This document shows positions 22,778 through 30,948 of a stretch of 32,764 nt of DNA, piece by piece (the first letter of the stretch is position 1; the number at the start of each line of letters is the position of its first letter). Under the pieces are notes generated by a model. The model was given only the letters and a program-made list of their open reading frames with translations. It was not told the DNA's origin and ran no database searches. Source of the DNA: Nemertoderma westbladi. Taxonomy: Eukaryota; Animalia; Xenacoelomorpha. The translations under genes and the position numbers were made by a program. Location of the stretch: NCBI GenBank assembly GCA_032718475.1, contig JAUCBJ010006301.1:1-32764 (forward strand), read 5' to 3'.

Positions 22778-22879
22778 CAGTCTACCAATTACTTCGCATA
22801 GGAGACCGGCCCAGTCAACCAATTACTTCGCATAGGAGACCGGCCCAGTCTACCAATGACCTTGCATAGCTGACCCCGG
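22778..22879. repeat. 34-bp tandem repeat, 3 copies, overlapping the HYLS1 stop codon
   Basis: cagtctaccaattacttcgcataggagaccggcc at 22778 and 22812 (1 mismatch); diverged third copy at 22846 (about 25/34) encodes GSAMQGHW-stop on the minus strand. Confidence 0.85.
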
Positions 22880-23698
22880 TCTCCCCTGGGCTATATTACT
22901 ACGAATCTCCCATCTCAAGGCCTGCCGCTTGTTATCGGTTGGAACCACGTAGCTATTCGGGGTCACTTGTTTCTGGGGCAACCGAGCTGGCTGCTGATTT
23001 GTCAGTAACTGCTCCCGAATGTGCCAACGTAGCGCGGCGTGCGACTGCTCCCCGGGCCGATTCTGCGTGTCCCAGTACCTCTTGAACTGGTGGTACCGGC
23101 CGACCCTGTCCACCTTGGCGATGCTAGGCCCGGTCGACGGACGGATAAGGCCAACCGGAAGGTCACGTTTGTAGTACTCGGAGGGTTCATCGTAGCACCC
23201 CATGTAAGAGTCCGCTGTAACGGTGTCGGTAGTGACGTCTGTAACGGGTTTCACGTCACCGCGATCGTGTTTAACACGGCGTCTCGCTATCTTCCGCACA
23301 GTGGAACTTCCCCGTGATATTGTGGACTCTACGACGCTAACTGAATCATCCCATTGGTCAACCTGTCTCGGCTGGGTCGCAGCCCATTGGTCAACCTCTC
23401 TCGGCTGGGTCGCAGCCCATTGGTCAACCTCTCTCGGCTGGGTCGCAGCCCATTGGTCAACTCCCCTGGGCTGTGTGACCTCGATATGAGGTCGTTGAAC
23501 CCGGCCGCTCGGAGGATCTCCGCTCGATACGAAACTGGATTTAATGGTCTCGTCTTCGACCAGTTGTTCGAGGTCCTTGGCGAATTCGTGTATCCGAGAT
23601 GTGGGGATGTTGTAATAGCCCATGGATTCGAGTTCTTTGCGAATGTCGTCGACTGTTATACCGAAAGCGCTAGAGTTTGTAGCGCTGCTCTCGTCCAT
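22850..23698 (-). CDS. HYLS1: Hydrolethalus syndrome protein 1 homolog (centriole/ciliogenesis), 282 aa, single exon
   Basis: C-terminal HYLS1 box KVDRVGRYHQFKRYWD..PGE..H..LRW.IREQLL and PNSYVVPTDNKRQALRWEIR; N-terminal IRKELESMGYYNIP...F.KDLEQLV block. Confidence 0.9.
   Translation of the reverse strand: MDESSATNSSAFGITVDDIRKELESMGYYNIPTSRIHEFAKDLEQLVEDETIKSSFVSSGDPPSGRVQRPHIEVTQPRGVDQWAATQPREVDQWAATQPREVDQWAATQPRQVDQWDDSVSVVESTISRGSSTVRKIARRRVKHDRGDVKPVTDVTTDTVTADSYMGCYDEPSEYYKRDLPVGLIRPSTGPSIAKVDRVGRYHQFKRYWDTQNRPGEQSHAALRWHIREQLLTNQQPARLPQKQVTPNSYVVPTDNKRQALRWEIRSNIAQGRPGSAMQGHW
23350..23474. repeat. In-frame 33-bp coding repeat in HYLS1 (QPREVDQWAAT x ~3.7)
   Basis: cccattggtcaac recurs at 23350, 23383, 23416, 23449. 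Confidence 0.95.
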
Positions 23699-24138
23699 TA
23701 TATTGATAGTATCGATCGATTAATCAATTAAATTCTCCCAGATATTGTTATCCAGATTGTTATTGGTTTCAGAGACGATGAAGTGTGGAAGTATTTAAAA
23801 ACATGCAATCAAAGTATAATTTAATTGTTTAATATGTTATATATGAAATATTAATTAAATTCAATATATTTATTAAACTGTGAAACAAATAAAATAAATT
23901 TAACAACCAATACAAACGAAGGGCCCCTAAGTCCCTCACAGCCACAATATTGTATTTGTTGCATCAGTTTCACTTTCGTATTTTAAAATATGAAGCAGAA
24001 ATAAATATAACATTAACATCTGTGTACCACATAATAAAAAGCGTAACAAACAGAAATAATTACCGACAGCCGAAATCTGTAGAAATTAAATGTCCGAATA
24101 TTTACAATTCCAGCGGGCCGTGGCGGCTAATTATAAAG

Positions 24139-25296
24139 TTACGGCGACTTAGGAAGAACGTCTTCCATGTAGTCACAGTTCCCGCCACTGTCCGTATACA
24201 ACGTCCGGTCTGTAGTCAGGTCGTCATCCTTGTTACCGGGCAACCAATCGATATCCTCCGACACGGATTCCGGAGTCGGACTCTTGTCGGAATCTTTACT
24301 GTCGACGAATTTATCGTCGTCGTAATAATCGTAGCCGAGGTCAGCGATGGCCGTGTGCATGGCGTGGTTGCTAGGCGACGGGGCCGCGGGAGTCCGCCCC
24401 GGGAGACTCGAGGAGGGCTCTAGCGATGACGTCATCGACTCGGTCTCCATGTCGGCGACCCGCGGCGACCGGTCGACCCGGGTTTCTACGAGCGGCCGGT
24501 TTATTCGCTCCTCGATGGACAGCGGGATGCGCGGGGAGTCGCTCGACTCTGATTGGTCGGCTGCGACGCTCGTCTCTGATTGGTCGGCTGCGACGCTCGT
24601 CTCTGATTGGTCGGCGGCGGTGGGGGCAACGACGGATCGGCACATAAGGAACAGCCGTCGGTAAAGCGAAAGAAACTCCGGGAATCCGATGGTTGCGGAA
24701 TGGAGTTCGTCGTCGAGGAAACGATCGAGAAGTCTCGCGCTAAACTTCGGTAGAACATCGAGGAATAAACGACGGGTTGTCGGTTTATCGATGAACCCGG
24801 TACGATCGTAATCAACGGCAACAAACTTATCATTCGCATCCGCGATTTGCTTGTCGGTTAAATCGTCCGGAATTAGCAACTCCGTATCGGTGACGTTCCG
24901 AACGGGAGCAGAACGTTTAGCGATTAGGGAAGTGAGTAACGAGGTGTCGGTAGACTCTGAAACCCCGAGATCCCGCGCCAAGGTAATCCGATCCGGTGCG
25001 GACTCGGTTACCATCGGCGCGTTGAGCTCCGGGTCCAGCACACTTGTCGCGTAGTCCAGGTTGTAGAACAGCAGGAACTCGCGAACAACCTGCGTCGTCA
25101 GTACGCCGTCGTTGCTGGACAGTAAAGTCTCTACCCGAGGACTCATTCTGGGCGACAGACGCGTTAGGGAATCCTCGTCCTCCAACGCCAGGAACACACT
25201 CGCGCGGAGTTGCGCCTTTATTTTAGCCAACATTCCATTGGCTTCCAACGTGGCGGCCACTAGGTCACGCAGTTCCGTGTCCTCGTCAGCTGACAT
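24139..25296 (-). CDS. CEP43: Centrosomal protein 43 / FGFR1 oncogene partner (FOP) homolog with EF-hand-like insert, 385 aa, single exon
   Basis: EDTELRDLV..TLE.NG.L.KIKAQLRASVFLALE (FOP dimerisation region), LisH VREFLLFYNLDYATSVLDPE, C-terminal DDLTTDRTL....CDYMEDV as in FOP. Confidence 0.9.
   Translation of the reverse strand: MSADEDTELRDLVAATLEANGMLAKIKAQLRASVFLALEDEDSLTRLSPRMSPRVETLLSSNDGVLTTQVVREFLLFYNLDYATSVLDPELNAPMVTESAPDRITLARDLGVSESTDTSLLTSLIAKRSAPVRNVTDTELLIPDDLTDKQIADANDKFVAVDYDRTGFIDKPTTRRLFLDVLPKFSARLLDRFLDDELHSATIGFPEFLSLYRRLFLMCRSVVAPTAADQSETSVAADQSETSVAADQSESSDSPRIPLSIEERINRPLVETRVDRSPRVADMETESMTSSLEPSSSLPGRTPAAPSPSNHAMHTAIADLGYDYYDDDKFVDSKDSDKSPTPESVSEDIDWLPGNKDDDLTTDRTLYTDSGGNCDYMEDVLPKSP
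24541..24619. repeat. In-frame 27-bp coding repeat in CEP43 (AADQSETSV x3)
   Basis: gctcg(t/a)ctctgattggtcggc at 24541, 24568, 24595. Confidence 0.95.
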
Positions 25297-25444
25297 TGTA
25301 TTTAATTTTATATGACCACCGATGCCGGTTTAAGCAAAACTTTACAAATTAATTCGTCACTGTACCGTACCTAACTTCAACCCGTCATTCGTCTGTTCGT
25401 ACCAAAACATACCGGTACACAATACAATTTCCTCTGTACTGCTG

Positions 25445-26072
25445 CCAGGCTGCAAATGAAGTGCAAAAATCGCAACGCGTTGTGCGCGAATTTGAAATAG
25501 TGCGCGGTAAAAGCGCGCGGAATTGAAATAAGAGTGCGCGGAATTATGTGAAAGACAACAAAAGTGCGCAGTAATCTGTGCAAAAGATCAAAAGTTGTAA
25601 AGTGCGCGTACAGGTGGATGAGGTGTAAAAAAGTTTACATGCATTCAAAGTGTGAGAAAAATAATTTGCCACAAAAAATTTCGCTCGCTTCGCTCGCGTT
25701 TCGTTTCCATTTTGCACTGTTAGAATGAAAAAAATTCGCTCACTTTGAGTATTGCTCGCGTTTCTTTTTCATTTTGCACTGTTAGAATGAAAAAATTTCG
25801 CTCACTTTGAGTTTTGCTCGCGTTTCTTTTTATTTTGCACTGTTAGAATGAAAAAAATTCGCTCACTTTGAGTTTTGCTCGCGTTTCTTTTTCATTTTGC
25901 AATGTTAATGAAAACGTTTTGCTCGCTTCGCTCGTGTATGTTTTTCGTTTACATTGTTAAAATGTGGTGTGCGCGTTTTTTTCGGTGCATGCGCGGTATA
26001 TTGTCCAATATTGCGCGGCTGAAAAATTGTGCGCAGGCGTTGTGCGCGGTTCAGTGGTGGTTTGCAGCCAGG
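25445..26072. mobile_element. hAT-like MITE (628 bp) upstream of CEP43
   Basis: TIRs ccaggctgcaaa / tttgcagccagg (1 mismatch in 12); 8-bp TSD-like flanks tactgctg (25437-25444) and tacagctg (26073-26080); subterminal tgcgcg motifs; internal ~61-bp repeats (aaaaattcgctcactttgag...ttttgcactgttagaatg). Confidence 0.72.
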
Positions 26073-26121
26073 TACAGCTGTAAGGGCCTAATTTTTCTTT
26101 CACTTTAGCGAACCGTCGGCA

Positions 26122-26136
26122 GTTACCATCGGTAAC
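26122..26136. promoter_or_regulatory. RFX X-box upstream of CEP43
   Basis: GTTACC ATC GGTAAC, exact fit to GTNRCC(N0-3)RGYAAC with palindromic arms; weaker GTTATACTGTAAC at 26301. Confidence 0.65.
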
Positions 26137-27036
26137 TTTTGGATAGTTTTACTACTTTTGGATAGTATAGTACTGTAGTATACTGCAATTACTGGTATAA
26201 TACTGTAGTAGCGGGTTACCTTTACATATCATAGCTACAAAATTGTCTACAAATTACCAGTGTCATTCTGACTAGTAAATTGTAGATAGAAAGTAACATT
26301 GTTATACTGTAACAACCCTAATGTGAAATGTGACTTCCCTTTCAATTATATGTTGTCCGAAGTAACCCCAAGGCACCTTTACTTTGGACAAACATTTTGT
26401 TAAATTTTAATTCTGAAATTTGTTAATTAATAGGCCTATGCAAACTTAGAACTAACTGTTTTTTATAGTGGCAGCCATGGGCCACCATACCGGTCAGCCG
26501 GTAGGCCAATATGATTTGTCGGAATTATGTAATGCTGTAATGAATGAGTTTATTAGATTATTCCTAATAGAAATAATAACACATTTCATATCGTGAAAGT
26601 ATCACTTTAAGATAATAGGGCCTCTAATAATATTATAGTGCATTTACAGCCGTGTGTAACAAAATAGCCGAATAGTATAGAGCCAAAATTTTACTATTGA
26701 ATTAGCCTTATTGAACAGGTAACGGAACAGTATTGAACGAAACATACTTGCTGTAATACAGTAATACTGATATGAAAATGGAAAAGCAAAAATGAAAATG
26801 ATAGGCCTGCTATAACGTGGCGTGAATTTAGAGTTTGACCGAATACTCTGACATTACAGCATTACTGACAATGCCAACAAATAAACTAGGTAACAAAATA
26901 AACCAATAGGTGTGGTGTACTGTGTACTGCAGTGCAGTACCTACTGCAATCGGCTACCGGTATAGTATAAGTTGATAACGATCGTTTCCCAAACTTTTAT
27001 GAATCTGGGTGGAATGTAGACCAGTAGACTGAATAA

Positions 27037-29200
27037 AATATAAACAGGAATCAATTAGCAGAACAAATTCCAAAAACTAATAGAAATCCAATACGTTATA
27101 TTAGCCATCGCAAATCAAACTCCTTCCATTTATCAGAAACCACAAATATTGAAGTAATATATAACATACTAGACTTAGACAACAATTGCTCCACAAACGA
27201 CCCTTTTCCAACTAAAATATTAAAAATCATAGCATACGACCTAGCCCCACATTTAACACATTTAATTAACATATCAATAAAAAACGGGTTCTTTCCTAAA
27301 ATATTAAAAAACGCAAAAATTACTGCAGTATTCAAATCAGGCGACCCAGCAGATAGAAACAACTATCGACCGATTTCCGTACTACCCTTATTTAGTAAAA
27401 TTTTCGAACGTATAATAAATACTCAACTACTAAGCTACTTAGATAAATACTCAATACTGACAGATGCACAACACGGCTTTAGAAAAAAATCAACAACTAC
27501 TGATGCTCTACTAACGGTGACTGAACGACTTCGAGAAACTCTAGACTCACAGGACTCATGCTGCCTAATATCTATCGACTTAAGGAAGGCCTTTGACACT
27601 CTAAACCATGACATACTTCTCAAAAAACTAGACCAATATGGAATACGAGGCCTTCCCCACAAACTTCTATCCAGCTTTCTTTCTGACAGAACACAAACTG
27701 TTGTACTAAATAATATAAACTCTGATCCGCTAACTCCCACCTGTGGTACACCCCAAGGTGCTATTCTAAGCAGTACCCTCTTCTTACTCTATATAAACGA
27801 CTTACCAAACTGCACGTCTCTTATTACTACACTGTTCGCTGACGACACAAACCTCTTATACACACACAGAAACCCAAATACGTTAATTTCCACTATCAAT
27901 GACGAACTACAGAAACTAGACGAATGGCTAAAAGACAACAGACTATCATTAAATCTAAAAAAAACAGAATATCTCATTTTCTCAAATAAATTAAAGAATC
28001 CCCCCTCAGACACTATCAAGATCAATAATGCAAATATAAACATCAAAACTGAAACAAAATTTTTAGGCATCTGGATAGATAATAAATTGACCTGGAAAAA
28101 CCATTGTGCTTACGTCCTAAAAAAAATCTCTAAATCATGCGGTATATTTTATAAAATTAGACACATACTACCACTAAAAGTATTAAAAATGTTATATTTC
28201 TCGCTAATCCATCCTTACATATTATATGGTATAATATTGTGGGGAAGTGCTTATAACAAATATATAAATCCAATCCGTGTCAAAATAAATAAAATAATAC
28301 GAGCAATAACCTTCAACCACTTCCAAGCTCATTCCATTCCGATCTATAAATACCTTAATATCTTGCCAATCGAAAATCTATATAACCTAGAAGTAACAAA
28401 ACTTATGTGGGACATTTACAATAACAAAAAAAAGCAATTTATAACGGCCCTATTTACACAAACTTCAGATATCCACAATTATACAACTCGATCCACTACA
28501 TCCAAAAACTACTTTATTCCACGTACCAGACTAATATCAACCCAAAACTCTCTAAAATACAGCGGTGCAATCATATGGAACTCACTAAAAACAGAATTTA
28601 AAATGTGCAAATCAAAAAACACACTAGCCAGAAAATTAAAACTTCATATGTTAAGTGAACTTTAATTCCAATATAGTTGCGTATCACTATTAAATTATAA
28701 AATAAATAAAAATTATCCTAAATTTCGTAACTTCGTAATGCTATCACTCCATCGTCATCGTCAACGCTATTTGCATCATGACTAAATAATATATGAACTA
28801 ACATTTTTTTTCTTTTTTTTTTTAAACGTAAACGAAATTTAAAATAAAATTAAAATTACAATTTCGGCACAATACAATACAGTTACTATTATTAGAAAAA
28901 TAAACTTAAAATAAAATTTAAAACTGAAATTTCGGCACATTAAAATAAAGTTACTATTATTAGAAAAATTGCACTGATATATGGCATCGCAGAATATACT
29001 CAGGATCACTGCACTGGCCGACATCACCATAATAACCCAACCGGTGTACCACATCACGATTCTCTGAGAAAAAGAAGGTAAGAGGCAAAACTAGCTATGC
29101 TACTGCTTTCTCTCCTTTTTTTTTTGAACAGAACATAAAACGAATAACGCACCCCCTAAAACCATATTACATCAGAACAAAACAAAAATTACAAACAAAC
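27037..29200 (+). mobile_element. 5'-truncated L2/Crack/CR1-group LINE with intact reverse-transcriptase frame
   Basis: Frame open from 27037 to TAA at 28665; NYRPISVLPLFSKIFE, QHGFR, IDLRKAFDTLNH, GTPQGAILS, YINDLP, LFADDT, KFLGIWID; no endonuclease domain; AT-rich 3' UTR with 68-bp duplication and possible (acaa)n tail near 29190-29200. Outer boundaries approximate. Confidence 0.92.
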
Positions 29201-29624
29201 GTTCACTGGTGCAATGATTTTATAATTAAATATTGTGGTATCCCATTATGCGAATAATACACGAGCTCGTTCGAGCTCCATTGATTGAAAAAATTGAACT
29301 TTCAACTCCACAGTCGCACAGTCTGACAGTCTACGGACCACACAAGCCAGTATTAAAATGACATTACGTCTCTAAGGTAGGCCTACGTCAGTACGTGCTG
29401 ACGTGTGCGCGCGGTACATTACAGCATTATTTTTCATTCGCGGTACCTGTAGGCCCAATGTCGCTCCCTGACAGTTGTGAGCGTTGGGATATGAAACAGC
29501 TACACACACACACACACAGACAGACATAATGAATGGAAGCACCGGTACCGATACCGTAATGGTATCTGAACCTGTAATGCAGTATGTGATTATTATTATT
29601 TGGCGAATTTTTGGTTGTAAATTG

Positions 29625-29637
29625 GTTGCTAGGAAAC
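29625..29637. promoter_or_regulatory. RFX X-box-like motif about 1.3 kb upstream of the TIR-propeller gene
   Basis: GTTGCTAGGAAAC (13-bp X-box form). Confidence 0.45.
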
Positions 29638-30948
29638 TAATATTTATTGTATTGTGTGTGTGTGTACGTAATCAATCTGAACCTGTAAGTGACTTCACAT
29701 TAATTCAAAATAAAACACAAGCGGTTGATTTGCTTAATTATTCTAAACATGTAGCAAAGAAATATAATTGATTAATAAGTATAACCAGTTTATTTAATTC
29801 ATGAAACAGGCTATTATAAATATACATCATCCATTGAAAATATACGTTTTATATATAAGCGTACATTTATTTGTCACCAAATTAAATACATCCCTCTTGG
29901 CAACATCTTTAACAACAATAATTAATTAGGGATTATTGTAAATGTCCGGCTCGCTCTAATTAATAGTATTATAAATACAACCAGTCTCTTTCTTATAAAA
30001 AAAGGTGGACTAACTTCTTACAATATCAGAGAAATACAGTATCGTTTAAATTGTAGGGTACTTTTACATTAAATTCATTTTTAAGTATATAAAATAATCC
30101 ACACTTACCGATTAAATAAATTTTCTTGAAATTATTATTCTTAATTTTGCTTGCTGCATTAATACTTTACTAATAAAATAATCTCGTAGAAATCCAACCA
30201 ATATGAGGTGTAGGTGGTTGGGAGGTTCCTCTATTACAATATGATTCTCAGCCGTCTCGTAAAGTATTATCACCCGTGGCATAAAGTCCCCGGTTTTCTA
30301 CTTAACATACTGGAGTATTATTCCGTACTACCGTTATTTTGCGTAGTTAGGTTATCATTCACAATCTTTGAATAAATTAATTTATTCGATTCCGATAAAT
30401 CGTTCTCAAACATTTATATCACTTACGTCAGTTGATTGTCTCTGATGGCTTGAATCTATAAAGATTAAAGTCTTTACATCGCGGACGCCCCCACATCATT
30501 TCACATTGCGATATATTAATATCTTGTTTAATTGTTTACCTGCTAAGTATCTGTATCCACATTGACAACGGCGGGTGTTTCTGTTTCTGTTTCATTCTGT
30601 GTACCTCCATTTAATTATAGAAATTCGAGTTGAGCTGATATGGAACACTATTGCGAGATGAAAATATGTAATTATTTTTGGTCTAGTAGATGAAAAATGT
30701 AGAATGACGGTTGATGGTGGTTCGGGGGAACACTCATTAGCGACATAAAAAACGATGGTTCGAGCCCCATCGACTTCCATCCATAATTATTCTCGACTAC
30801 ACAAAAATAAATTACATATATTAATTTCTTTGGATTAGTAATCACCTCTATTGAGTAGGCCTACGGTTCTACTGTAGTAAATAAACATTTAAATTAATTT
30901 GTTCATTTATTTGACGATATATTATTTATTGACTGTAACGAATTCAAC

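Noticed and set aside
6157-22879. Non-coding repeat periods 16, 34, 40, 43 and 46 are all 3n+1
   Set aside because: Post hoc pattern in a small sample; the 20-, 54- and 68-bp repeats break it.
23766-23776. X-box for HYLS1 (GTTTCAGAGAC)
   Set aside because: Only 11 bp, half sites too close to the consensus minimum; not called as a feature.
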